A stretch of DNA of 63,437 nucleotides, counting the filler, from Licmophora abbreviata (lineage: Eukaryota), in assembly GCA_900291995.1 (NCBI GenBank). It is 19 parts of 19 records of this genome, joined end to end, with 100 filler letters (N's around TTAATTAATTAA, not from the genome) between each part and the next. Parts side by side here need not be neighbours in the genome. Positions count along the whole stretch, not along the records: positions 21,420 to 26,392 come from OLMU01006224.1; positions 26,493 to 28,571 come from OLMU01006225.1; positions 28,672 to 31,244 come from OLMU01006226.1; positions 31,345 to 41,588 come from OLMU01006227.1; 15 more parts are not named here. One strand, given 5' to 3'. The notes under the pieces are model-generated. The model made no database searches. It was not told the DNA's origin and was given only the letters and a program-made list of their open reading frames with translations. Of the stretch, positions 21,420 to 34,433 are shown one piece after another. A program made the translations under genes and the position numbers. Position 1 is the first letter of the stretch. Every line of letters starts with the position of its first letter.

Positions 21420-24400
21420 ATAGCATTAGAGCTCCCAGCTTTGGTTGAGCCAGCGCCCCCGGCAGACGATGCGACACAGGTCCAATTCGAACTGTGGAAA
21501 AACTCCCGGCGTCACTATGACGACCAGCGGCGCTCCCGTGACAAAATCTCCGGTCGAGCCTACCCACTGATCCTAGGACAGTGTTCTCAAGCCCTCCGCA
21601 ATCGCGTCGAGGCCCATACCAACTGGGTTACAGTCGATGCCACCTCAGACGTGATGAGGCTGCTGCGCATTATCCAATTATGCATGCAGCAGCGACAGAC
21701 CCGGCGCTATGTCATACAGACGTGTACCGAGGCGGACTCCAATCTCATTAATTGCCGACAGGGCAAGATGACGGATCATGACTACTTCGAAAAATTCAAG
21801 GAGGCAGTCAGAACAGTTGAAAGCTTCCATTCGTGCATCGGATTGCAGAGTGATAGTATTACCGATCGCCTTGCCCATACGGCGGTCGACCCCGATGTAC
21901 CGACCGCGGCTGAACGAGCCGCCGCCGAAGAATGGGTCCGACAACGATACCTCGCTGTGAAGTTTCTGACCAACGCTGACGTCAAACGGTACAACGGACT
22001 AGTGCGCCATCTCGAAAATGACTTTGTGCTCGGCGACAATAAGTTTCCTAGGGACCTCAACGCCGCATTCGACTACCTTGTGAACTTCGTCACGGAGAAA
22101 ACCAAGAGCTCACTGCACGAAGATGAAAGTGGAATCGCTTTCTACTCGGAGCAGGGCGAACAAAGGACCCGCGACAGCAACAGCGGGCGTGGCGGTGGAG
22201 GCCGAGGCCGTGGAGGCCGCGGTGGACGCTCCGGGAGCCGAGGTCGCGGAGGTGGAGCGCAATCTGCACGCGACAATAGCGGAGACGACGCCGGCTCAGG
22301 AGACCGAACAGCCGGAACTGACGGTGCTGATGCGGCGACAGGAGGAGACAACGGACATGCCCAGTTTCTGTTAGAGTCTAGCGATAACCTAGACGACGAG
22401 ACTGCCTACTCGCTTCTTCTCGCCCATTGCTACCTGATGGGATCCATCCCAGGTGATGTTCTCCTCCTTGACAGCTGTTCCACCCTCAACATGATATCGA
22501 ATCCGGCTTTACTCCAGAACATCCGATCGGCTGGACGAAAAATGCACGTCAAATGCAATGCTGGCGTCCGCACCATTGAGCATGAGGCTGACTTTGGATC
22601 ATACCCTGTGCCCGTCTGGCACGATCCTGATGGATCGGTCAATATCCTGTCGTTACACACAGTGCAGCAGTTTTATAAAGTGTCGTTCGAGCGGAACAAC
22701 GGTTCGTCTTTCGTTGTGGCCAACAAGCAAGGTCGCTCCATCCGATTTGTGCCAATGGGAAAAGGATTATACGGACACAAGATGACGGATGATGACTGGA
22801 TGCTGATCAATACCGTTGCTGACAAGAAGCGCGAATATACGCGTCGAGAATACGAGGCCGCGGTTGCGGCCCGCAAGGTTCAGAACATTCTCATGTATCC
22901 GTCCACCAGGGGCCTCACTAACATGGTTGGCAAGAATCAACTGCCCAATTGTCCTCTCTCACGAGACGCTTTTGTTGCTGCCGATAAGATCTTTGGAGTC
23001 AATGTCTCCTCCCTGAAAGGAAAGACTCCCAACAGGCCGAACGATCATGTATCGGGCCGAATTGATGGCGTCCCAGCCAATATCCTCACAAGGTTCCAGT
23101 CGGTCACCATGTCGATCGACATCATGTTCATCAACAAGATGGCATTCCTGGTAACAATCTCCACCGGTCTGCGCTTCGGCACTGTCACCCCGCTGGACAA
23201 CAGAAAGATTCCCAATGTCGCTCGAGCCCTGCACACCTCCCTACGAGTGTACATGAGGCGTGGGTTCCGTGTGACGGTGATCAAGGCCGACCAAGAGTTT
23301 GGACCACTGCAACAAATTATTACCAATGTCGCCTTCAACCTGTGTGCCGAGAATGAGCACGTTCCTGATGTTGAGCGATACATTCGAACCATCAAAGACC
23401 GCGTTCGCAGCGGCTATAATTCTCTCCCTTTCGAGCGAGTACCGCGTCTGATGCTAATCCGCCTGGTGAGCAACTGTGTATTCTGGCTCAATGCTTTTCC
23501 ACATCCTGACGGTGCATACCGCGACTTCTCCCCCCGTTACCTCCTAACCGGGCAGCAGCTTGATTTCAACAAGCACGTCCGCATCGAGTTTGGAGCATAC
23601 GTGCAGACCCATGAGCAGCACACCAACGACATGCAGTGGCGCACAGTCGGCGCCATATGCCTGGGCCCTACCGGCAACGAGCAAGGCAGCCACTACTTCC
23701 TCTCCCTTGTGACCGGTCGTCGTCTCACGCGCAAGCAATGGACTGATTTGCCCATGCCCGCTGATGCCATCGCTCGAGTCTCGGCCCTGGGCCGCCGACA
23801 ACATATGCCACGGACCATGACATTTGCTAATCGATTCGGACACGAACTCCCGGACTATGATAATGACGTCGATGATGATCATGACACTGCATACACCCCA
23901 TCCGACGCATCCAATACCGACTCTGCCGACGATCTTTCATATGATGATGACAGCGACAACGACAGTGACGGCGATCCCGACGATCCTCATTACGGTCTTT
24001 TGGCTGGACAGCCCAAGACCGCAGGAGTGGACCCACCAGACACACATAATTATTATGCGCCTCTGGCCAACGAAGACATGGATGACTCCGACGATGAAGA
24101 CTCTTCTGTTTCGGACAATGAGGATGCGGAGGAGAGTGACGACGATGACGATGACGTTTCGGACAATGAGGATGCAGAGGAGAGTGACGACGATGACGAT
24201 GACGATGAAAATCCAGCCTATGCCGACGTCAACCATCCCGGTACGGAGGAACAGCATGACCTAGAGGAGGCTATCCACGAATACAACGAACAGCACCCAA
24301 GACGCACCACCATCAATGTGAGAGATGCACCAGTAGCGCCAACCCAGCAGAGTGGTGCTAGAAATGAGCCCCGTCACGCAAGCACAGGAGTGGGCGATGC

Positions 24401-26392
24401 GATCCCTCATGAAAATGCAGGAGTGGGGGATTTCGTACTACCTCACGGAAACACAGGAGTGGAGGACAAGAGTGCTGATGATAGCAATACCGACGATGGT
24501 ACCTCAGTTGCAACCGATGAGGAGGAGCCAGGTACAAATGATGGAGATGTCGAGACCCATATGGATGAGAGATACGGAGCACGGAACCATGACCATGGGC
24601 TGCGGACCCGTAGACCGAGGAGCTATCAGCATCGTCACGCAGATGAAATGAACGACATGACTCGCCGCCTGCAATCAAAGGACACCTCGATGGCACACCT
24701 ATACCACATTGATCGGAAAGTAGAGGAGCCACTTGGATACCTATTCCAGACGGAACAAATGTCCCTTAAGAAAGGATTGAAACAATTTGGCAAAGATGGC
24801 GCTGATGCAGTCGTTGCCGAGCTAGAACAGCTCGATTATCGAGGAGCGATTGAGCCCAAGGTTGCGAAAGAATTGACCCGCGAACAGAAACGAAGGGCGC
24901 TACAGTATCTCATGTACCTCAAGCAAAAGAGATGCGGCCGCATTAAGGCACGAGGATGTGCAGACGGACGAAAGCAGCGACTATATAAGTCCAAAGAAGA
25001 GACCAGCTCGCCCACAGTAAGCACCGAGGCACTATTCCTCACGTCGGTGATTGATGCACAACAGATGAGAAGCGTGATGACAGTCGACATTCCTGGTGCA
25101 TTTATGCAGTCCGATATGGACGAGCTTGTACACATACGGCTACAGGGGCCAATGGCAGAACTACTAGCCAGGGTCGACCCAAAGAAATATCGAAAGTACC
25201 TGACCCATGAGGGAGGTAAAGCAGTACTATACGTGGAGCTGAAGAAGGCACTGTATGGAACGTTGCAGGGAGCAATCTTGTTTTGGAAAAACCTGTCTGG
25301 CTTCCTCGTGGATGAGCTTGGATTTGTGCTCAACCCCTATGACTCCTGCGTTGCCAACAAAGTGATCGATGGAGAGCAATGTACAATAGTCTGGCACGTC
25401 GATGATCTAAAATTGTCTCATATAAAGCAATCGGTCCTGGAATGGATACTCAAGAGACTAAACGAAAAATATGGAAAGGAAGCACCGCTCACGGTACAGC
25501 GTGGAAAAGTACACGAATATCTGGGAATGACTATCGACTACAGCGTCCCAGGAAAAGTTAAGTTCATCATGACAGACTATGTTAACGCTGTTCTTGATGA
25601 GGCACCGGACTCGATGTCAGGTGAATCAGTAACCCCTGCCGCTGCCCATCTATTCAACATCAGCGAGAAGTCTCCGAGACTCGACGACCAGAGAAGCGAC
25701 ACCTTTCACCACCTAACTGCAAAGTTACTGTACGTCGCAAAACGGGCACGTCCTGACATCCAGACAGCGGTGGCTTTCCTATGTACCCGGGTGACATGCC
25801 CCACAGAAGATGATTGGAAGAAGCTGTCCCGATGTATAAGGTACCTGCGTGGTACTCGGGAACTACACCTCACACTGGAAGCCAAACATGGACTGTTTGT
25901 GTCTTGGTACATCGACGCCGCCTTCGGGGTGCACAAAGACCTCAAGAGCCACTCAGGCATCACTCTGTCCATGGGCAAGGGATCCGTGTACTCAGTCTCG
26001 ACCAAGCAGAAGATCAACACCAAGAGCTCCACTGAAGCTGAGCTAGTCGGAGTCGACGATGGGATGGGTCTGGTTATATGGACGAAGCGTTTTCTAGAAG
26101 CACAGGGTCACAGGATCCAGGATCATGTAGTGTACCAAGACAATCAAAGCGCGATGTTGCTGGAACGGAACGGCAGAGCCTCAAGTGGACGCCGTACCCG
26201 ACACATCGATCTCAGGTACTTCTTCGTGACCGACCGAATTAAAAACGGTGACCTGCGGGTAGAGTACTGCCCCACGGGTGATATGGTTGGCGACTTCTTC
26301 ACCAAGCCTCTCCAGGGCAGCACATTCAGAAAACTACGTCAACTCATCATGAACATCCCGGAGGCCAGTCTCGAGCCTCATCCACAGGAGTG
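21420..26392 (+). mobile_element. Ty1/copia LTR retrotransposon (CoDi-type), gag-pol; LTRs lost in the flanking gaps
   Basis: Uninterrupted ORF of about 1650 codons in copia order: gag, protease (LLDSCST), integrase (IDIMF / ADQEF / EHVPDVER), RT (KARGCADG, VDIPGAF, LKKALYG, WHVDD) and RNase H (YIDAAF, STEAEL, QDNQS, RHIDLRYFF). It ends at a purine-rich CAGGAGTG. Confidence 0.95.
24108..24203 (+). repeat. 48-bp tandem duplication in the acidic IN-RT linker of the retrotransposon
   Basis: GTTTCGGACAATGAGGATGC(G/A)GAGGAGAGTGACGACGATGACGATGAC occurs twice with one mismatch. Confidence 0.9.
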
Positions 26393-26492
26393 NNNNNNNN
26401 NNNNNNNNNNNNNNNNNNNNNNNNNNNNNNNNNNNNTTAATTAATTAANNNNNNNNNNNNNNNNNNNNNNNNNNNNNNNNNNNNNNNNNNNN

Positions 26493-26555
26493 GCAGTACG
26501 TCCCCCACGATTGGGTTGCCCATGGCAGCGCAGTGCACTCGTAGTTGGTGTGTTC
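26493..26555 (-). pseudogene. Fragment or exon of an RluA-family pseudouridine synthase
   Basis: Minus strand encodes [21 protein letters not shown], matching the RluA motif GRTHQxRVH...G.PI.GD. It is preceded by an acceptor-like CTAG, but no upstream exon was found. Confidence 0.55.
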
Positions 26556-26907
26556 TAGTAGTAAGTGGAAGATTGCGGTGTTCAGCAAGTATATAGCGTA
26601 AGGGAAAGGTTTGGTGAGCACGAGACCTCGAATTGAGTCGGCTTTGTTTCAAAGCTCGAGGCGACCTCGTCTCTCATCCTTTCTTTCGGCAAGTTGTATG
26701 AAAAGCTATGCATGCTTCTCATATATCATAGTATCATCGTATGGATCGCTCTCCAGATAGCTCCTTTTGGAAGGCATGCGGGTCGACCTAAATTTGCAAG
26801 ATGGTATGAACTTTCTAGTAAGAAACTAAATCGAGCAGAACAATACCGCTACATTTCACTCAAGTACGAGGAACATTGCTGAGTATCGCCGTAGACGCAG
26901 GCCACAA

Positions 26908-28377
26908 CTAGTCCAAGTCTAGCACGTCTTCGTCCTCTTCATTATCGCCCCCTTCGTCTTCAACGAAGGACCCCTCATCTTCCTCGATGTCCATGTACTC
27001 ATCGACTGGTACGCCCTCCTCAGGTGCATCCTCCGGTGCCATATTCCATTTCTCAGCCTCCTTCTCCATGCGAACTCTCCGTTGCCGTTCCATCTCCTGG
27101 ATCTCCTCAGGAGTTTTTGCTTTGTAATCTGGGTTGTTCTTGCGATGTTCTTCTCGTCTCCGCTCTCGTTCTGCCTTTCGCCCATCACGCGAGCCATCGT
27201 TGCCTTGAAACATTCCACCCGTCGTCGTGTCGCCACCGCCGCTCTGCTGCGATTGTTTACGCTGCCGCTTGGCACGCTCCTCTTCCTCTAGTTTCTTCGT
27301 TCGAGTCTTTAGAACTGGAAGGATTGGAATGGGTGTCGTCTTTGTCGTCTTGCTCACGACCACGCTCTTCACCAATTCCTTCATGTTGCTAAAATTGACA
27401 CTTTTTTCCAATGGCGCAATGGTCGTTTTGAGCCGATCTTTTTGCTGGTCAAATTCTTTCTGGAATACGACAAATCTATGAACGCCGTTCGAGTATTCGG
27501 GAAGGTACTCTTCGAGGTTTTTGACAAAGAGATTGGACGTATCGACGGCTGCAAACGTGACCTTCGGGAAATCATTCAAGAGATTCTGGACGGCCTGCTT
27601 GACGCTACTGGAAACAGTCTTGCTGCCCTTGAGCAACAAGGCACAATGATCGACATTCAAACATTTGGATCGCAAATCCTGGGTCGTCTCGATTTTGACC
27701 GCCTTGGGTTCCACCAAGTTCTTGATAGCCTTGACCAGCATCGCGCCGGTCTTCAAGTGTTTTTGAGGAATCTGTTGAGAAGGTACGATCGTAATTTAAA
27801 AGTATGTGAGTGAGTACATTGAAAGGGGAGAGTGCAGAAAGCTTTGATGGAGTGTAGTGGTCACATCTACCTACCTGCTTTGGTGGCCCCACGTGTCCCG
27901 ATACAAACATGGTCGGGCGCTGTTTCAGGTTCAGCTTGAATCGTTCGGCAATCGTCTTGCCACTCTCCGAGAGTGTCTGCTCACAATCTAAGAGTCTGAA
28001 ATCGGCCAGTCCCGAGTTTTGGGAATGAGCATCGACAAAGACACTGCTCGTGTGTTCCGTCGTTTCTGGTTGACATAGAACGACATAATTGTGCTTGCCG
28101 CCGTCGATTGACTCGCCAAAGAAGACTTGCCGAAGCAAAGTATCGTCGGACAGGTCCAGTCTGGGAATCTGTGAGTAAAAGAGGAAATTTTAAGAGATCA
28201 GGATGATCAATGAAGCTGAATCGATGCCAGAACGGTGTCAGAACACACACTCACTTCTTGATTGAGGCCTTTGAAAAACTGATAGGCCAGCAGTGCGATT
28301 CCAATTCCGATCGCTGGCTTCATCAACAAGTCAATCTGAGGGGCCCGCGCTGACTTGCGCTTGGGAATCGGAGCCAT
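26908..28377 (-). CDS. Membrane-anchored hypothetical protein, possibly with non-catalytic thioredoxin-like domains and an acidic tail; exons 28377-28255, 28168-27875, 27771-26908
   Basis: Two phase-0 GT-AG introns join three ORF pieces. N-terminal TM 'AIGIGIALLAYQFF', beta-alpha segments such as 'VTFAAVD', and a charged C-terminus ending EDVLDLD. Confidence 0.7.
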
Positions 28378-29219
28378 GGTGTTTTGTTGGTGCTGCAGAG
28401 AGCTGCCGATGAGAAGATCAAGGATGATGACAAGCACAGTCGATACGCCGGTTTGGTTGATGGCGTCGGGTGGCTTCAACCATGTCGGCGGTAAGACCGA
28501 CACGTGGAGGGCGCGCTAAACTGTGTGGACTCGACTCACTCGACTGACGGGACTCATTCAACTTTACGAGTNNNNNNNNNNNNNNNNNNNNNNNNNNNNN
28601 NNNNNNNNNNNNNNNTTAATTAATTAANNNNNNNNNNNNNNNNNNNNNNNNNNNNNNNNNNNNNNNNNNNNCGGTCTACGGAAAGTGCCGCGACGTGTTC
28701 GGAATTTGGGTGATTTGGCGAGTCGTCAGTGTTCGCTTGGGGGTTCGATCATATAAGTAGATTTAGTAGCACACCACAGTTTGTGGGACTGACCCTTGGA
28801 CCGCCCGCTTCTGTTTGTGCGTCATTCTATCCGAGCGACATCCATTTCATAAACCCGTAGTATCACCTTCCTATCTACAATCCGTCCTAGACGTCACTGA
28901 CATTTCTCGTTCAGATACGTGGCCAATCAAAATCAAGGGCATTGGCAAAGTCCTCAACTTCAAACATCAAATTCGTAGTAGGTGTTTATCCTACGTGGAT
29001 TTGTACCAGGAATCTACGGACGTTCGCACCGGATTTCCCGTCAAAACTTGAAAACTGCTCGAAGCAAAACCTTCAACACACATGCAACAAGCGCGAGCGT
29101 GTGTTATCGAATCTCCATTGCTCTCGCTAAAACAAGAGCCGGTGGAGTCTAGTCGTTGACTCCAACTTGTCGCACTCCCTCTCATTGTACAGGAAGACTC
29201 CTATCCCGCTCCGAACAGC

Positions 29220-30914
29220 ATGTCGCGTTTTTTCGGCTCGTCGCCTGTCTCTTCCGAGACGACCACGGCCAGTGCCGAGGCTCGCCCGATGACGAGGAAG
29301 AAATTGAGATCGCTGTCCTTCTCCTTGTCCCCGCGCCATCGCAGTCCTCGCTCTCGTGTCGCCTCCCCACGTCGCCACTTGCGGCACAAGAGCCATCCTG
29401 TCATGAACCAGAATGAGAAGCATTCGCCGCTCATGAACTGGATGGAACGCGGCGACTGTCCCATGGACATCGTTCCTCATATTCTCGCGTTTGCAGGACC
29501 GCAGAGCATGACAGCCTTGTCTCAGACTTCCAAGCACTGGAGTAGTGTTGTGATGGACGAAACGACGTGGCGAATTGTCTGTGAGGACCTTTACAAGGTA
29601 CGTGTCGATTTCAGAATTTCGGGTGATTCTGTTGCCTTCGAGTTTCGGCAACGAGAGAACATTGACCTTTTGGTTGTGTGTTGCTCACGTTCTCTCTGCT
29701 TGCTTGACTATCACTTCCATCTATAGTGGAAGGAAGGAGATCCTCTCCCTACGACCACATGGCGCGAGTTTTACCAGAACAATCCATGTGTTCCGGTCGA
29801 CTACCGGACGTTGCCGTCGGCGCTCGCCGCCTTTAGCGTCGAACGCGATCGCGAGTTTATCCAGTGCAAATCGGTCCGAATCTTGCTGCGCCCTGCCACC
29901 TACGTGCTTCGTGAAGCCCTCGTTCTTGAGGCTGTCGGTGATTCTACGCGCATCACCATCCAGACCATGAAGCTACCATTCGATGCGACCCACAAGGAAA
30001 TCGCCGACGCGCCCGCTCCAAAGCCCTCCTTGTCGCCAAGCAAGAGACTTGCCAAGAAGGCAGCGTCCCTTCGTAGCATGCTCAGCTGTCGATCAACGGA
30101 TACTCAACGCATGCCTACCGAGCACTTGGAGGAGACCCACGAGACGAACGGCGAGGTCATACCCGCATTGGCGCGCTCGCTGGAGAATGCCTCGTCTGTG
30201 GCGTCGCTTGCCGCAGCCACGCCCCCTCCTCCTTCGCGAGCCACGATTGTCTTGCGTACGCGTCGTCAGAACGAACCCGTTCTTCGTCTTCGTCAGGGGA
30301 AACTCAGGCTGGAGGGTCTCCGCGTGATTCACAGCAGTCATGGCATGGATATCTGGAACGGCAACGCTGCCATCCAGATCCAGCCGCCTACTACGCCCGA
30401 TGGCCGTCCCATTCCATCCTTGACGCGTCCCATGGCCCATTTGGAGCACGTTGAGGTTACTTCTCGCTCAGGTCGTGGTATCGTAAACATTGACGGTGGC
30501 GATTCGACCATCCGCCACTGCTACGTTCACGGGTGTGCCGCAACTGGCGTCTATGTTGGCGGCCAAGGCACCACGGCCGAACTAGCAAGCACCGACGTGC
30601 TTCGCAACGGCATAGGAAACAAGTGGAATCGCCGAGGCATTGCACGTGGACATTCTGGAATTTATTTGGAACAAGGCCACGCGTCCATTACGGATTGCAA
30701 CATTTCGCTTAACTCGTTGACGGGCATTTCTGCCATTTCCGACTCGAGCGCAATTCTTAATTTGGAAGCGAGCGATCTGGTGGCGAATGGCACCCAGCAG
30801 TTGGAAATGCCTCCCGATGGAAGTGTGGCGCGTCGCATGAGTCTGACTCGCAACAATCACATGGCCCCAATGGGGCTTGTGCGTACCCGGTCTGGTTTGG
30901 TGACTGAGGCCTGA
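29220..30914 (+). CDS. F-box protein with a right-handed parallel beta-helix (FBXO11-like architecture); exons 29220-29597 and 29727-30914
   Basis: F-box 'CPMDIVPHILAF...ALSQTSKHW..V..DE.TWR'. Intron GTACGT...TAG. Beta-helix repeats 'SGRGIV', 'IRHCYVHGCAATGVYV' and 'ITDCNISLNSLTGI'. Confidence 0.8.
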
Positions 30915-31436
30915 GGAGGAGTGAACATACGAAGAGGAGCAGAGAGATTGAGTTTTTGGGTGATTGAGCTAATTACCACCTTCATGAGAATCGAATCGCA
31001 GCACAAAGTTAGAGAGAGTACTGGTAGTGTAAATCTAGCAATCTTGATGGATTGTGGTTACTTGGTGGCATGTTTGTCTTTAATGTTAGGTAGTGCGATA
31101 CAATGATGTCAGTCGAGTACGACAGAGATACCATCTTATGAGTGAAAATCATTCATGAGCGATGAAAACAAGGACAGCACCTGACTCTGTGGTCTGCTTG
31201 CCATTTATTTGCAGGTGTAGGCGGGTGTCGATGAGCGGAATGGCNNNNNNNNNNNNNNNNNNNNNNNNNNNNNNNNNNNNNNNNNNNNTTAATTAATTAA
31301 NNNNNNNNNNNNNNNNNNNNNNNNNNNNNNNNNNNNNNNNNNNNGTACTCGTGTAAATCAAACCGCCGTGAGCAAGCGAATACACGAAAGAACGATATGC
31401 GACTTATGTTGCTCTGATAGAGTAAACGTTGTTTCC

Positions 31437-31987
31437 TTATGCTACTTGCTTCTGCATCGCAGTTTGATGTTCGACCACATCCACCACAGCTTTAAAGGCG
31501 AAGGGCTCGTTGGCTGCCAATTCTGACAAGACTTTTCGATTGAGCGTTATGTTAGACTGCTTGAGCGCCGGTATGAATCTTGAATAGCTCCAATTGTACT
31601 GCCTAACTCCTGCCTGTAGACGAAGGATCCATAGCTTGCGCCACTCGCGTCGTTGATTCTTGCGATCGCGATAGGCATATTGCCAGGCCTTTTCAACGCG
31701 TCGTACGGCAATCCGAAAACAATTCTTACTGCGTCCGCGATAGCCCTTGGCATGTCTCAAGAGTGACTTGTGCTGCGATGTGTTTTATGAAATGAGCAGT
31801 GAGAGAGGGTGGTATAAGGGAGAGCGCATCGTGAGACAAGTCGATGCAATCTCTCAATGCAGAGTCCAAGAACAGGAAGCATAAGACCAAGTCGTTCTTC
31901 AAAAGGTCGTCCTCCGCATGCACCACGACAGCAGACTCCACCCCTCACTCACTCACTCACTCACTCACTCACCTTCTTACTAGCCAT
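31437..31987 (-). CDS. rpl20: Ribosomal protein bL20, probably mitochondrial; exons 31987-31973 and 31772-31437
   Basis: [27 protein letters not shown]...YAYRDRK..RRE.RKLWI.R...YSRFI..L....[16 protein letters not shown] 15-nt first exon is followed by a GTGAGT donor. Confidence 0.92.
31945..31972 (-). repeat. (GTGA)7 microsatellite at the rpl20 intron donor
   Basis: Plus strand (TCAC)7 at 31945-31972. Confidence 0.9.
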
Positions 31988-32551
31988 TCCTCTGGCAAAG
32001 AGGCTGGTCGGGGTGGCTTGAGCCGTGCTTCTGGAGAGCCAGGAAGCGACACTTTCGTGGGTGACGCGGACGGACGTCAAGGACGATCGAAATGCGGCTC
32101 GCAGCGCCATCTTGGAAATACGATATCTGTTCTTGTGTTATACAAGCAAGTACTCTTTTCGAGGAAGCCGTCGAGGAGAAGTAGGTTTCAAAGAGCGACG
32201 AAAACAACAACGAACGACACCGCTGCTAATTTGTAGCGGCACTTGGTCATCGAATCGACAAGTCAAAACTCAAAACTCAAAACTCATTCTTCAGTTTCGA
32301 CTCGGACGACGGACAGTTCCATTCATACAATGGCTCAACACCCAATAGAACAAGACGCCCTCCACCGCACAAACACACACCCTCTTTTTCATCCGCAATC
32401 TCCCAAATCAAAAATCAAAAATCAAGCAAGAAGAACGAGCACCAACAAGACACACCACGACGCGAACGTCTAATGTGACACTCCAACCTCGTTCGTAAGC
32501 AACAAGAAGCCTCTGGATCCATCACGAAAGCAATCGATAAAGACATAGAGA

Positions 32552-34172
32552 ATGAGAATCTGTCGCAATGCTCTCCAAAGGGCACTGATGACTGCTTCAC
32601 CGCCCAAACACTACTTCAACAAGAACAACATGTCCATACTGCAGTCTGTCTTCTTCTCGTCTGCCGCATTGTCTCCCCCGCACGACGACGTTTTCTTCCA
32701 CAGCACCCCGTCCACGCCTACTGCGTCGCCTCCTCGCAGCCGTCCAGGCCTTCCAGGAAGCGACAGTAGTATGATTGCGGCCAATCACAGAAACGTTGCT
32801 ACAAGTACTACTTTTGCTACTTCAGGTACTACTACTAAGAGGTCCATTCATACTTCTACTAGCACTGCGGTGGCTGCGGCGACTGCTAGGAGGTCTACCA
32901 ACTCTCTCAAAACTCATGAGAAACGAGAGTTCAGCGGCATGAAGGATGAGTACGGCAGCATGACGGATGAGGGCGAGACCTATGTCAGCACGCATCACGA
33001 ACTCGAGAGCGGTGTCGTCTTGCCCCAAGCGCAGTTGCGTTATCAGACTTACGGACAGCTCAACGACGCGCGCGACAATGTCCTCGTAGTGTGTCATGCG
33101 CTGACGGGCAATGCCAGCCTGCACGCGTGGTGGGGCGACCTGCTGGGGGACGGCAAAGCGTTCGACACGGCCAAATACTTTGTAGTCTGTTGTAATATTC
33201 TGGGAAGCTGCTATGGCTCTACCAATCCGACCAGCATCGATCCGACGACCAACCAGGTCTACGGAAAGTCCTTTCCGGATGTCAGTGTCAAGGATACGGT
33301 GCGTCTGCAACTCAAACTGCTGCAAGACGAGCTGCGTGTAAGTAGCGTCAAGGCTGTCATTGGAGGAAGTTTTGGGGGGATGCAGGCGATCGAGTTTGCC
33401 GTCCAAGCAGGATCCGAACAATACAGCGACTTTACAGCCACTGACGGTGAGTGCAAAAAAATGCCCGTATCTTTGTGGAAGACTTATTCTGTCCATCGCT
33501 CGAAGTCCTGGTCGCTCACTTTGCCTACGACTGTATTCTCCATATTTCACAGGCTCCCCATTTGTTCGCTCGGTCGTTCCAATCGCGTGTGGATCCCATC
33601 ACACGGCATGGCAGATTGCCATTTCCGAGGTTCAACGTCAAGCTATTTACGCCGACTCGCTTTGGGAACCCGACCCCTTTGGTGCCGTCAAGGGACTCGC
33701 GGTCGCCCGACAGATTGGTATGATTTCCTATCGTACCGCCGATGGCTACCAGTCCAAGTTTGGACGTGAAATTCAAGGCATTGAGGCCCACGAAGAAGAC
33801 ATGCAAGTCTACGGAAGTGACGCGCGTTGGCAGGTCAAGAGCTACTTGGAGTATCAAGGCGAAAAGTTCTTGAGTCGCTTTGATCCCATCACCTATGTCA
33901 AAATGACGGAGCAGATGGACAGTCACAATGTGGCTCGTGGGCGTGGGTCGGAAGACTTGGATGCAGTGCTGGCGACCGTCACGATTCCGGCCCTGGTCAT
34001 GGGCATTGACAGCGATGTCTTGTATCCGCTGGCGCAACAAGAAGAGTTAGCGTCGCAGTTGCCGAACGGTCAACTCAAGGTGATTCAGAGTGCAGACGGA
34101 CACGACGGATTCTTGTTGGAACAGGAACAGGTGGCCGCGCACATTACCGAATTCCTAAAGACACACAAGTAA
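32552..34172 (+). CDS. MET2: Homoserine O-acetyltransferase; exons 32552-33446 and 33553-34172
   Basis: 'VCHALTGN', 'CNILGSCYGST.P', nucleophile 'GGSFGG', 'SYLEYQGEKF..RFD', 'GIDSD.LYP' and 'GHDGFLLE'. Ser/Thr/Arg-rich transit-like N-terminus. Confidence 0.93.
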
Positions 34173-34433
34173 CATCCTTTAAGACTGGATAGGCTTGAGG
34201 AGGAGTCAGAATCCATTCTTATACCTGTTATTCGTCTTGCAAGCTTCCACACTTTCAAACTAGAGTACCTACTGGGTGGTTTGTTGTAGAACTTGAAAGA
34301 AAACGCTCCGCTCTACTTCTAGGCGTAAATCCCTTCCCCGCTAGTTTTATACTTCAGTAGTATACCATGACTGTCCAGCGCAGTGTCACGTTGTACCGTG
34401 GACTTCGCTGAATCTCTATGGGTACTCGTAGCT

